Counted from the stretch's first letter, positions 9,180 through 18,572 are shown. The stretch: 38,369 nt of DNA from Candidatus Woesearchaeota archaeon (GCA_016185805.1 JACPMW010000045.1:1-38369), one strand, 5' to 3'. The notes: a model not told the origin generated them from the sequence alone. Translations and numbers: made by a program.

Positions 9180-9746
9180 ATGCTAAACAAAAAGGAATTT
9201 GGACAAATCAGGCATGAAATGCACAATCTGGACCTGAAAAGGGAAGCGATAATCCAGACTTCCCGCGAAATAATTACAATCTCAAAGCAGATAATCTATG
9301 CTGCACAAAGAAATGACCTAAAAGAAGCTTCTGATGCAATCAAAATAATAAAGGAAAAGGTCAGCAAGCTGAGGAAAATAAACGTTGTAACAGACACTAA
9401 TATAGGCTCTGTCGCTTTCCAGGAATATGTTGAAGCGATTGCTTTCTATGAATTCGTGAAGAACAACAAGATTCCTTCAAAAGCAAGCCTTGGAGTTTCT
9501 GCAGATGACTACCTAAGCGGCATATGTGACTTGACAGGAGAATTGGTCAGAAAGGCAATCTATGATGTGATTCACAAGAAATTTGATGAAGCGGAAAAAA
9601 TAAAGGAGCTTGTGCATGACATCTACGGCGAATTCCTGAAACTGCACTTGAGAAACGGTGAATTAAGAAAGAAATCAGACTCTATAAAGTGGAATTTGAA
9701 GAAGCTTGAAGAAGTGATGTACGATGTTTCTATGAGAAGGCATTGA
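9180..9746 (+). CDS. Translin/TRAX family RNA-binding protein or nuclease
   Basis: QEYVEA and YLSGICDLTGELVR motifs. TATA TTTATAAA at about 9150 supports Met at 9180. Confidence 0.85.
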   Translation: MLNKKEFGQIRHEMHNLDLKREAIIQTSREIITISKQIIYAAQRNDLKEASDAIKIIKEKVSKLRKINVVTDTNIGSVAFQEYVEAIAFYEFVKNNKIPSKASLGVSADDYLSGICDLTGELVRKAIYDVIHKKFDEAEKIKELVHDIYGEFLKLHLRNGELRKKSDSIKWNLKKLEEVMYDVSMRRH

Positions 9747-10172
9747 CAATAAGATTTAAATAAAAATTCAAAATCTTCATTTTGTGGGGCTGGAAGGACA
9801 AATTGCGGCATTGATAAGTGCATTATTGATCAGCATAGGCCCTGCTCCAATCTCCAAAAATCCGGGAATAATTCTAGAAGCTACTCCGCTTGCACAAAGG
9901 GGCTTTAAACCCTATCGTGAAGAGCATGCGGCCAGAAGAACCTCAGAAGAGACTGTTGTTGAATCCACCTTCTATTATAATATAAAAAGAAATATTGTAA
10001 TAGAAAATGTGAGAGATGGAAAGGTAGTGGATGCATTTATATGCAGTCTCTGGTCCAGACTCAGCTACTACTCAAATACCGGCTCTAAAGAATTTGAAGA
10101 TATGAGCCCTGAGCCAAATCCTGCTTGCAATCAAAAGGATTTTGCAAAGCCTGCACAATAAGATTTAAATAA
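9746..10172 (+). repeat. 18-bp direct repeat ACAATAAGATTTAAATAA (9746-9763, 10155-10172) bracketing an orphan ORF
   Basis: Exact repeat read from the sequence; each copy contains a TTTAAATA box. Confidence 0.8.
9784..10161 (+). CDS. Orphan hypothetical protein, possible signal anchor
   Basis: 125 aa, GTG start, hydrophobic N-terminus, TATA box about 25 nt upstream. Confidence 0.55.
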   Translation: MGLEGQIAALISALLISIGPAPISKNPGIILEATPLAQRGFKPYREEHAARRTSEETVVESTFYYNIKRNIVIENVRDGKVVDAFICSLWSRLSYYSNTGSKEFEDMSPEPNPACNQKDFAKPAQ

Positions 10173-10193
10173 CTTCTACAAATTCGTTCCTTT

Positions 10194-12428
10194 ATGAAAA
10201 GAACCCATACATGCGGGCAGCTGACAGACAGGGACATAAACAAGAAAGTAGCCCTTGCTGGATGGTGCTCTACAAGCAGGGATCATGGTGGTGTGATTTT
10301 CATTGACCTCAGGGACAGGTATGGAATAACCCAGATTGTGTTTGACCCGAGCAATGACATGCCATCCCATAAAATTTCAGAAACCTTGAGAAGGGAAGAT
10401 GTTGTTGTTGTTGAAGGCATTGTGAGAAAAAGGCCTCAGGGAATGGAAAACGAGAAAATTGCAACCGGAAAGATTGAGGTGCTTGTGAGCAAAATCCTTA
10501 ATGTGAACAAAGCTCAAACACCTCCCCTTGAAGTAGAGGACAGGATTGATGCTTCTGAGGAAATGCGCTTAAAATACCGGTATCTTGACCTGAGAAGGCC
10601 GAAGATGCAGAAGCAATTGATGTTCAGGCACAATTTGTCAATTGCAGTCAGGGAATATCTGAACAGCCAGGGCTTTGTTGAAATCGAAACCCCTATGCTC
10701 ATCAAGACAACTCCGGAAGGCGCAAGGGATTATCTAGTTCCGAGCAGGCTTCATCCAGGCAAATTCTATTCATTGCCGCAGTCCCCCCAGATATACAAGC
10801 AGATTTTGATGATCGCAGGCTTTGACAAATATTTCCAGTTGGCAAAATGCTTGAGGGATGAGGATTTAAGGGCAGACAGGCAGCCTGAGCACACTCAAAT
10901 TGATCTGGAAATGTCGTTTGCAGATGCAGACGACATTTTTCACCTTACAGAAGGGCTTATCAAGCATGTATTCAGGAAGCTTCTGGACAAGGACATTAAA
11001 ACTCCTTTCAAAAGATTTTCGCATAAAGATGCAATAGAAAGATTCTGCACCGACAAGCCCGATACAAGATTTGGGATGGAATGCTGCACTGTGACAGAAA
11101 TTGCAAAAAACTCTGAATTCAAGGTTTTTCTCGAGGTCATCAAAAAAAATGGAACTGTCAAAGTCCTGAACGCGGAAAAATGCGGAGACAAACTGAGCAG
11201 GAACCAGATTGATGAGTTGATAGAGTTCGCAAAGCAGAATGGCGCTCATGGGCTTGCATGGATGAAAGTGACAAAAGAAGGACTCGAAAGCAACATTGTA
11301 AAGTTTTTTCCCCAGAAAGTGCAGAAAGAATTGCTGGAAAAAACTAAAGCAAAGCCAAATGATTTATTGCTTTTTGCAGCAGACAATCTAAAGATTGCTA
11401 ATGACGTGCTTTCCAAAATAAGGCTGAAGCTCGCGAATTCAATTGGATTGATAAAGGAGAATGAGTTCGATTTTTGCTTTATAACAGACTTTCCAATGTT
11501 CGAATGGAATGAGGACGAGCAAAAATGGGATTTTGCCCACAACCCGTTCACAATGCCGAAGGAAGAGTTTTGGAAAAATCTTGAAAAAGAGCCTGGAAAA
11601 GTTGTTTCATACCAATATGATTTTGTGATGAACGGCTCTGAATTGTTTTCAGGCTCTGTGCGAAACAATATCCCGGAATTGCAGATGAAAACATTCAAGG
11701 TTACTGGCATGTCTGAAGCTGAAATAAGCTCAAAATTCGGATTTTTATTGGAAGCTTACAAGTATGGAGCTCCGCAGCATGCGGGTTTTGGGCTTGGATT
11801 TGACAGGCTTGCTTCCCTAATGCAGGGCATACATGATATAAGGGAAGTCATCGCTTTTCCTAAAAACAAGGCTGCTGAAAACCCGATGGACGGCTCGCCA
11901 AATGAAGCCTCTGAAAAGCAGATGCAGGAACTGCACATCAAGCTTGACTTTGTAAAAGAGCAGGTGAATGTTGTATTCGGCAAGATAAGGGATATTTTGA
12001 ACAAGGAAAAGATTGAATTTGAAGTGCTAGAGCACAAGCCAGTTTTTACAAGCAAAGAAGCTGCTGAAGTCAGAGGCACTGAATTAAAGCAAGGCACAAA
12101 GGCATTGATAGTCAAGACAGAAGAGGGTTTTATACAGGCAGTTGTTTCAGGAGCTAAAGAGGTTGACCTTGCTAAACTTCAAAAACTAACTTTATTCAAA
12201 AATCTTCAGTTGGCAAATGCAAAAGAAGTCAAGCAGGCAACTGGCTGCAATATCGGTTCTGTTCCACCATTCGGAAACCTGTTTAATTTGAAAACTTATT
12301 TTGACAAGTCTGTTGTAGAGAATGAAATTTTAGCCTTCAATGCCGGCCAGCACACCAAGAGCATCAAGATGAAGGCAAAGGATTTGGTTAAAGTTGTTAA
12401 TCCTGTGATTGGGGAGTTTAGTAAATGA
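10194..12428 (+). CDS. aspS: Aspartate-tRNA(Asp/Asn) ligase, bacterial type, with C-terminal YbaK/ProX-like deacylase domain
   Basis: RTHTCG, RDHGGVIFIDLRD, TPEGARDY, LPQSPQ, RDEDLRADRQPE, GAD insertion, GLGFDR, IAFPK. The extra ~155 aa contain KALIVK and GSVPPFG. Confidence 0.95.
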   Translation: MKRTHTCGQLTDRDINKKVALAGWCSTSRDHGGVIFIDLRDRYGITQIVFDPSNDMPSHKISETLRREDVVVVEGIVRKRPQGMENEKIATGKIEVLVSKILNVNKAQTPPLEVEDRIDASEEMRLKYRYLDLRRPKMQKQLMFRHNLSIAVREYLNSQGFVEIETPMLIKTTPEGARDYLVPSRLHPGKFYSLPQSPQIYKQILMIAGFDKYFQLAKCLRDEDLRADRQPEHTQIDLEMSFADADDIFHLTEGLIKHVFRKLLDKDIKTPFKRFSHKDAIERFCTDKPDTRFGMECCTVTEIAKNSEFKVFLEVIKKNGTVKVLNAEKCGDKLSRNQIDELIEFAKQNGAHGLAWMKVTKEGLESNIVKFFPQKVQKELLEKTKAKPNDLLLFAADNLKIANDVLSKIRLKLANSIGLIKENEFDFCFITDFPMFEWNEDEQKWDFAHNPFTMPKEEFWKNLEKEPGKVVSYQYDFVMNGSELFSGSVRNNIPELQMKTFKVTGMSEAEISSKFGFLLEAYKYGAPQHAGFGLGFDRLASLMQGIHDIREVIAFPKNKAAENPMDGSPNEASEKQMQELHIKLDFVKEQVNVVFGKIRDILNKEKIEFEVLEHKPVFTSKEAAEVRGTELKQGTKALIVKTEEGFIQAVVSGAKEVDLAKLQKLTLFKNLQLANAKEVKQATGCNIGSVPPFGNLFNLKTYFDKSVVENEILAFNAGQHTKSIKMKAKDLVKVVNPVIGEFSK

Positions 12429-12429
12429 A

Positions 12430-12924
12430 ATGAAAAAAACACAAATAACGGGATTAAATAAAGGGACTATAATTAATAAAGAACCAACTAATCCAAATCA
12501 AAAAGTAGGACAAATAAGGGGGAGAATTATTGATTATTATATTCAAATTGAACTTTTAATTAATGCATTCTTAACAAATTATTTTGTTTTAGAGAATAAA
12601 CATAGTGATTTCTTAACTAAGTTTCTATACGATGATTTTTGCAGCACTGGACTAAAAATTAGAGTTCTTGAAAAATTATTGCCAGAAAATAAAATTGTTA
12701 GGGGATTCTATGTAGAATTAAGAAGATTAACTAATATTAGGAATATAGCTGCACATTCTTATCCTATGTCTTTAAATGGGCCAATAGTATTAGAAACAAG
12801 AAAACTGGAAAGTAAAGATTTAAGGGTATTGGAAGAAGAATTTTTTAAAATATATAAAAAAGTTTTTCCTTTATTGATAGACGCCGTGAATAAATTGATT
12901 GAAGACAAAGTCAAAATGAGTTAA
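12430..12924 (+). CDS. Putative HEPN-superfamily protein
   Basis: All-helical with an RxxxxH motif (RNIAAH); very AT-rich. Met at 12430 directly follows the aspS stop. Confidence 0.55.
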   Translation: MKKTQITGLNKGTIINKEPTNPNQKVGQIRGRIIDYYIQIELLINAFLTNYFVLENKHSDFLTKFLYDDFCSTGLKIRVLEKLLPENKIVRGFYVELRRLTNIRNIAAHSYPMSLNGPIVLETRKLESKDLRVLEEEFFKIYKKVFPLLIDAVNKLIEDKVKMS

Positions 12925-13024
12925 TTTACTTAATCAATATTAAAACGTCATTTAAAACCCTAACAATGAATTTAATTAACCAGAAATTTGGTAAAGTCAA
13001 ATAATTTAAGCAAATTCTAAGAAA

Positions 13025-13174
13025 TCAAAGTCTTCCTATATCCATCAGAATTTTCCTTCTTTTATCAATATAATCAAGCATTTCTTCTATTTCTTTTATG
13101 CTTGAATCTAAATGCAACTCATCTTTTAAATTCTCTAATTTCTCCTGTTTTGAGCCAATTTTTGATTTCTTCAT
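13025..13174 (-). CDS. Small hypothetical protein, 49 aa
   Basis: MKKSKIGSKQEKLENLKDELHLDSSIKEIEEMLDYIDKRRKILMDIGRL, with TATATAAA about 20-25 nt upstream. Confidence 0.35.
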   Translation of the reverse strand: MKKSKIGSKQEKLENLKDELHLDSSIKEIEEMLDYIDKRRKILMDIGRL

Positions 13175-13217
13175 ATTGTAAAAACTTATAATCTTTATAT
13201 AGTGCCCACTCTATAAA

Positions 13218-13688
13218 TTAGTTTCTATTTTGAGGTTCAACATAATTCATTTTAAGTGCTTTAAAAATATTTTTTTCAGAAATTGCTATAATTTTGCCTG
13301 TTTTTTTATCTATTAATCCATTAGCAGTAAGTTGCATATTCATAGATATAGCCCTTGTAGTCAGTTTTACATTATGTTCTTTGCTTCCTGTTCTAATCAA
13401 TAGTAAAGGCTCATAATTTTCTTTATTTGCAATATAAATATCAACTTGTGTGTTGTCTTTTGTTATCACTCTTATTAATTTGTCACCTTTAAGTTTTAGC
13501 TCTCCTAATTTAGATACATAATCCTTAAGCTTATCCAAGTTTTGTGGTTTTAATTCAATTACAATATCTATATCTCTTACAACTGGGTTTTTTCTTCTTA
13601 TACTTCCTCCTAAGCGTCCCCTAGCTATAAATGGAGATACCTGTTTAAGAATTTGTAAACCTTTTTTTTGTGCTTCGTCCAATCTCAT
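13218..13688 (-). CDS. Minimal family X DNA polymerase / nucleotidyltransferase (palm + thumb only)
   Basis: GSIRR..RDIDIV, QVDIY, RTGSKEHN, SEKNIFKALKMNYVEPQNR. 156 aa, with no lyase, fingers or PHP domain. Confidence 0.85.
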   Translation of the reverse strand: MRLDEAQKKGLQILKQVSPFIARGRLGGSIRRKNPVVRDIDIVIELKPQNLDKLKDYVSKLGELKLKGDKLIRVITKDNTQVDIYIANKENYEPLLLIRTGSKEHNVKLTTRAISMNMQLTANGLIDKKTGKIIAISEKNIFKALKMNYVEPQNRN

Positions 13689-13697
13689 GAGAATAAT

Positions 13698-14783
13698 TTA
13701 AAGGAATTCTATAGTAACTCCATCCGGATACGAAAATTTTCTTTTTCTATGGCCCAAAACTTGTATTTCCCTTTTTTCTTCCATAGGTTTAAGTATACTA
13801 GTTTTATAATGAAACGTTGTAAATGGGGTTTTAGCAATAACAAAATGTTCTAGTTTTTTGGCAGTTACTCTTTTACCTTTATACTCTTTTAATATCATCT
13901 TCTTTAATTCAGAAAAATTTGGACCTAGCTCAAATAATACAGTTTGATTAGGATTATAAGTTGCGTCAGAAAATTCAAAATTACCTTTTTTATCCACCCT
14001 CCACATTGCCTCTTTCATCCTTTCTAACCCTAGCAAACTTTTAGTAGCAAAAAATAATAAATAATCATCTTTATTAGATTTATTTTTCATCTTAAAAGAA
14101 TGGACAAAGTTAGCCACAGTACTTAATTGACCTAGATAAGAATCATGAATAATCTTGAATCTTTCCTCAGGACTTTTGCCTCTTGCATCCTTCCATTTTT
14201 CATTTCCAAAGAGTTTGATATACGTTTGTTCCAATCTAGTATCATCAATGAACCTGTTTATCTCTTCATACATAAAAGTTATTAATATTTCACAAAAATC
14301 GTTTTTCATTATCTTATTAATTACTTCAAAAGGAGTATCTTTAAATCCAAATGGATCTATAAAAACAAAAGTTGGGGCTATTGACTTATTTTTTTCATTA
14401 AGCTTATTCAGCTCATTTTCAATAACATCAGAAAATTCACCACATATGCACGCGTAACTCACATTTTTTGGGATTGAGATTGTTTTTAATTTATTTTGTA
14501 AAAAATCATATCTATCCTTATCTTTTTCTATAAATAAGAAAAATATTTTTGATGCTATTGGAATTCTTTGTTCTGCAACAGACTTTATTGCAATAACTGG
14601 AGAACCATCTTCTTTACCATTATATTCTCCTGGCCCAGAAAATCCATCTATAATGTTGACATTCTTCGCCCAGCTAGATAAGATTGGGATCCAAGCATCT
14701 AAATATTTTCTTAAGATGGCATGTTTCGCTTCTGTATGAGGCTCTATGTCCCATATGGTAGTTGTAATTTTCCCCATATTCAA
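13698..14783 (-). CDS. tcmP: Three-Cys-motif partner protein (TcmP / GMT-wHTH family, methyltransferase fold)
   Basis: HTEAKHAILRKYL, IDGFSGPG, GSP, FIDPFG; adjacent to DUF5131 as is typical. Confidence 0.85.
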   Translation of the reverse strand: MNMGKITTTIWDIEPHTEAKHAILRKYLDAWIPILSSWAKNVNIIDGFSGPGEYNGKEDGSPVIAIKSVAEQRIPIASKIFFLFIEKDKDRYDFLQNKLKTISIPKNVSYACICGEFSDVIENELNKLNEKNKSIAPTFVFIDPFGFKDTPFEVINKIMKNDFCEILITFMYEEINRFIDDTRLEQTYIKLFGNEKWKDARGKSPEERFKIIHDSYLGQLSTVANFVHSFKMKNKSNKDDYLLFFATKSLLGLERMKEAMWRVDKKGNFEFSDATYNPNQTVLFELGPNFSELKKMILKEYKGKRVTAKKLEHFVIAKTPFTTFHYKTSILKPMEEKREIQVLGHRKRKFSYPDGVTIEFL

Positions 14784-14786
14784 AAC

Positions 14787-15551
14787 TCAAATTTTAACTT
14801 CTAAAAGATTTTCTTTGACTTCAGGATATTCATCATAAATTCTTCCATCAAGTGTTCTACCGCCAGATTTAGAAGTCAATCCTCCCCATTGCTTGAAGAA
14901 GAAAGCGACATTATATTTTCTGCATTGCCTGCGAATTTCATGTATCCATTCTTTTTTTATTGGTCTGTGATATTTTCCGGATTCCCCCCCTACTATTGCC
15001 CAGTGGATTCCTCGTAAATTTACTTTTCCAACAGAGCCTAACAAAGGCTCAAAGCTGACGAATCGTATTGCAGCATCAACTTTTTTCAAGATAGCTAATC
15101 TATGCAATACTTTGCTGTCTTCTATTGATGTTCCAAGCCACACATTTGGTAAAACTTCACCATAATATTCATTTGTAAAATATTGCATTCTTTCTGGTCT
15201 CTTAGTTAATATTTGGAAAGTATGCCAATCTGCTTTTTCCATTGTATCAAAAACCCGTTTAATAAAAGAAAATGGTACTTGTTCATGAAATAGATCTGAC
15301 ATACTATTAACAAATATCGTTCTAGGTTCTTTCCAGGATAGAGGTAATTCAATGTCTTTTTCATGCAAAGTTAGCTTGAAGCCATTCCTATATTTTCCAG
15401 TTGGATTCATCATTTGTAATCGCTTTGCAAGGCGTTCAGCGTAGCAAAAAGCACACCCAGCACTAACTTTTGTACACCCTGTTACAGGATTCCAGCTAGA
15501 ATCAGTCCATTCTATACCACTCTTTCCCCCCATTTTTTTGTAATCCTCCAT
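14787..15551 (-). CDS. DUF5131 / phage Gp37-Gp68 family radical-SAM-like protein
   Basis: IEWTDSSWNPVTGCTKVSAGCAFCYA (Cx6Cx2C), FVNSMSDLFH, LTKRPER, SFEPLL, GGESG, FFKQWGG. True start may be 15533. Confidence 0.92.
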   Translation of the reverse strand: MEDYKKMGGKSGIEWTDSSWNPVTGCTKVSAGCAFCYAERLAKRLQMMNPTGKYRNGFKLTLHEKDIELPLSWKEPRTIFVNSMSDLFHEQVPFSFIKRVFDTMEKADWHTFQILTKRPERMQYFTNEYYGEVLPNVWLGTSIEDSKVLHRLAILKKVDAAIRFVSFEPLLGSVGKVNLRGIHWAIVGGESGKYHRPIKKEWIHEIRRQCRKYNVAFFFKQWGGLTSKSGGRTLDGRIYDEYPEVKENLLEVKI

Positions 15552-15590
15552 TTTAGTATTTAAATATATACTACTTTTTCCTTTAAATAC

Positions 15591-15614
15591 TTCACCTGAA
15601 AATGTCCAGTGCTA
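15591..15614 (-). promoter_or_regulatory. Pre-TATA motif copy 1 (TAGCACTGGACATTTTCAGGTGAA)
   Basis: Immediately followed by GTATTTAAA and the DUF5131 operon; 21/24 identical to the copy at 20989. Confidence 0.55.
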
Positions 15615-15678
15615 CTCCAATATATAGATTATAGTATAATAATAAAAATTTATAAATATGTAATAAGTTGGGCTGGAT

Positions 15679-16177
15679 ATGTCTAAAAAATCAATCAATT
15701 TCATCACCAGCAATCCCGGCAAGGTAAGGGAATTCAGGCAAATTCTGGAGTCGGAAATAAAGGTAAATCACATCAATCTTTCTTATCCTGAATTGAGAAG
15801 TGATGATCCCGAAGAAATAGCAAAAAATTCAGCAGAAATGCTGGCAAACAAGCTAAAAAAGAATGTTGTTGTTGAAGATTCCGGATTGTTTATCAAGGCA
15901 TTGAATGATGGAAGGAATAGAAGATAGGCAATGCACTTACAAAAGCGCTGTTGCATACTGCGAGCTAGGCAAAAAGCCTATAAGCTTTCTGGGGGAGGAA
16001 AAGGGCAGAGTTGCTGAAAAAATAAGCGGTTCTTATGGTTTTGGGCATGACCCGATATTCATCCCTGAAGGCAGCAACAAAACATACGGCGAGATGAAAA
16101 ATGCAGATGAAGTAAAGCAATTCAGGAGAAAAGCTGTCTTGAAATTAAGAGCATATTTGTTGAAAAAGAAGAAGTAA
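15679..16177 (+). pseudogene. rdgB: Non-canonical purine NTP pyrophosphatase (RdgB/HAM1), split by an internal deletion and frameshift
   Basis: FITSNPGK and VEDSGLFIKALN in ORF 15679-15927; GFGHDPIF in ORF 15905-16177. The conserved GFPG-containing segment between them is missing. Confidence 0.8.
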
Positions 16178-16293
16178 AGGGGCACCCATTTGCCTATGGC
16201 GTGCATGGGTCTTAAATTTTTTGAATTTTAAGGCTAATATGTCAAAGCTATCAAAACAATAATTTTAAATATGAATTCCATACATCTTAATTC

Positions 16294-16869
16294 ATGCTCC
16301 AGAAAATAAAAGGGCTGATGAATGTAAAAGAGGATATTGATGCTATAAACAGGAATATAGAAGAGAATAACAAAGTTATTTCTGAATTGAAAGCCGAGCT
16401 TGAAACATTAAGGAACGGATTGGCTGAAACCAACAAGTCACAAGGAGAATTCTTAAAGAATTTCAGGGAAAATTTGGCAATAATCAAAAACTTAAGGGAA
16501 GATTTCGGAAAGGAATTGGTTGAATTCAAGCTTTTAAAAGGCCAGCTGCAGAGAAAAATCCTTGACAAGTTCGAGGAGGAGCTGCAGAAGGATTTAGAAG
16601 TCAACAGGGAATTGTTGAAAAAAGACACAGAAGATTATAACGACTTGCGGAAAAAAGCCGCTGAAATTCTGTCGAGACTGAACCTTACAGGCGGCGAGCT
16701 GAACAAATTCATAGAAATAAGCAAAAGCATCAAGAAGGAGGATTTTGAGCTTACAAAGTTCGCAAGGCAGCTTATAGACATGGACAGGGAAAAGCTGGAA
16801 TTGATGAGAAAGATTGACACTCTTGAAAGGCTTGTTTCCAAGATAAGGAGAAGGGAACTGGTGAGATAA
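16294..16869 (+). CDS. Coiled-coil hypothetical protein
   Basis: 191 aa, E/K/L-rich heptads, upstream TTTAAATA. Confidence 0.75.
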   Translation: MLQKIKGLMNVKEDIDAINRNIEENNKVISELKAELETLRNGLAETNKSQGEFLKNFRENLAIIKNLREDFGKELVEFKLLKGQLQRKILDKFEEELQKDLEVNRELLKKDTEDYNDLRKKAAEILSRLNLTGGELNKFIEISKSIKKEDFELTKFARQLIDMDREKLELMRKIDTLERLVSKIRRRELVR

Positions 16870-17322
16870 CTAAATTTTCTTTGATGGCAAACCATTGCCA
16901 TTTCCATCAATCGATTCTTGGATTTGTCTTTCTAACATAAAATCAAAGTCATCTGGTGTACAGCCTGATTTGACAGCTTGAATAAGTGCGCCTATTTCTT
17001 CCATAGCTTTCTCAAATGCAGCTTCTGGCTCCATACCACTTAGCCTTAGGCCAACATACCTTCCGCTAGTATGACTCCTTAAACGGGTTATAGAAGAACC
17101 AATCAACAAAGCTAATTCCTCATGCGCCATCCTAGCTTCGTATTTGGGAATAATCAGTCTTTCAATATCGGACTCTAATTTTCCCATTACAGAGCGCGGG
17201 GCAATCTGCTCAAATCTTCCCTTAAACTCTGCTTCGTACACACTGGCATTAATTGTGATATCCGAGACCAAAACAGGCTTTCCTGTATAGCCTTGAACTA
17301 TTCCGGCAATTCCGTCAGGCAT
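16870..17322 (-). CDS. Orphan hypothetical protein
   Basis: 150-aa ORF with upstream CTTAAATA box. Confidence 0.6.
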   Translation of the reverse strand: MPDGIAGIVQGYTGKPVLVSDITINASVYEAEFKGRFEQIAPRSVMGKLESDIERLIIPKYEARMAHEELALLIGSSITRLRSHTSGRYVGLRLSGMEPEAAFEKAMEEIGALIQAVKSGCTPDDFDFMLERQIQESIDGNGNGLPSKKI

Positions 17323-17471
17323 TATGTATTGTTATCTTGCCGCAATTCATATTTAAGCATTTCTATTAGTAAAGCTTTTTAACAAAAACATGTAAATTAG
17401 TGAGATAGAAAAAGGAGGTGTTTGCCTTGGGCAAAGAGGAGTCTTTAAAACCCAAGGCAAATGATGGATTT

Positions 17472-17492
17472 CAATAGCCTCGCTATTGTTTT
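17472..17492 (+). terminator. Hairpin plus T-tract (CAATAGC-CTC-GCTATTG-TTTT)
   Basis: Perfect 7-bp stem followed by TTTT. Confidence 0.35.
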
Positions 17493-17589
17493 AACTTAAA
17501 GAATGCAGCCATGTTTATATACCATGTGAACATTACTTCTGGAAGCATCTTTCACAAGCTTTATAAATCATTTATATAGGGCTGTTTCC

Positions 17590-18288
17590 ATGGTGCAGGT
17601 TGTTTTCAGCCCGAAATGGTTCTGGGGGAAGGATATCTTCATTGACTCAATTGCTTTGCTGGTGCTGCTGTCTATAGCAATTTTTGCCACAAAATACTAT
17701 TGGATAAAGAAAAGCAGGAACTACCTCTATCTCGCTCTTTCATTTTATCTGATTGCATTGTCCTTTTTCTCAAAAATACTCATTAACTTCACTATCTACT
17801 ACCAGGTGCTTCATACGCAGATTATAGGCTCCATGACATACACCCAAACCATACTCAAATCCTCTGAAATATTTGCTGTCAGCGGGCTGTTCTTTTACAG
17901 GTTTTTCACACTGCTTGGGCTTTTCATGCTTTACTCCATATATGAAAAGCAGTCCAAGGCAAACATAATTTTAATGGTGTATTTTATCCTTATATCAATT
18001 TTCTTCAGCAAAGAGGAATACTACCTTTTTTATTTAACCAGCCTTATTCTATTAGGCATAATATCCAACAGATATTATCAAAATTACAGGAAAAACAAAA
18101 GCAAAGCTTCAGGAATGCTCGCAGCAAGCTTTTCTATAATAACCTTAAGTCAGGTTTTCTTTATGCTGGTCAGTATTACAAAACATTTTTATGTTGCAGG
18201 AGAGATTATGCAGCTTATAGGGTATACTGTACTGCTGACAGCTTTCATAACGGTGCTCAAGCATGGAAGGGAAAAGAACAAGGGTTGA
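17590..18288 (+). CDS. Membrane protein with about 7 TM segments
   Basis: Repeated hydrophobic segments; overlaps the downstream wHTH gene. Confidence 0.8.
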   Translation: MVQVVFSPKWFWGKDIFIDSIALLVLLSIAIFATKYYWIKKSRNYLYLALSFYLIALSFFSKILINFTIYYQVLHTQIIGSMTYTQTILKSSEIFAVSGLFFYRFFTLLGLFMLYSIYEKQSKANIILMVYFILISIFFSKEEYYLFYLTSLILLGIISNRYYQNYRKNKSKASGMLAASFSIITLSQVFFMLVSITKHFYVAGEIMQLIGYTVLLTAFITVLKHGREKNKG

Positions 18289-18535
18289 CATCATAGGAGA
18301 TATGCTCTCTTCCATAGTCAGCAAAGGAGGCCAGATAAAACCAACCCATTTGATGTACAAGTCAAACATGTCGCATGGGCAGATGAAGACTTATATTGAC
18401 GACCTGGTGCAGAAGGAGCTGATTAAAAAAGTGAAAAAGAACGACTTTGACTATGTCATCATAACCAATAAGGGCCATGAATTTTTGCAGAAATTGAGGG
18501 AAATGAAGGAGTTTGAAAAGGCATTCGGGCTGTAG
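18263..18535 (+). CDS. Winged helix-turn-helix transcriptional regulator (archaeal COG3432-like)
   Basis: KRTRVDII, KPTHLMYKSNMS, YVIITNKGHEFL. Confidence 0.85.
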   Translation: MEGKRTRVDIIGDMLSSIVSKGGQIKPTHLMYKSNMSHGQMKTYIDDLVQKELIKKVKKNDFDYVIITNKGHEFLQKLREMKEFEKAFGL

Positions 18536-18572
18536 GCAAAATATATAAATAATGCCTTGATTAACTTGTTCT

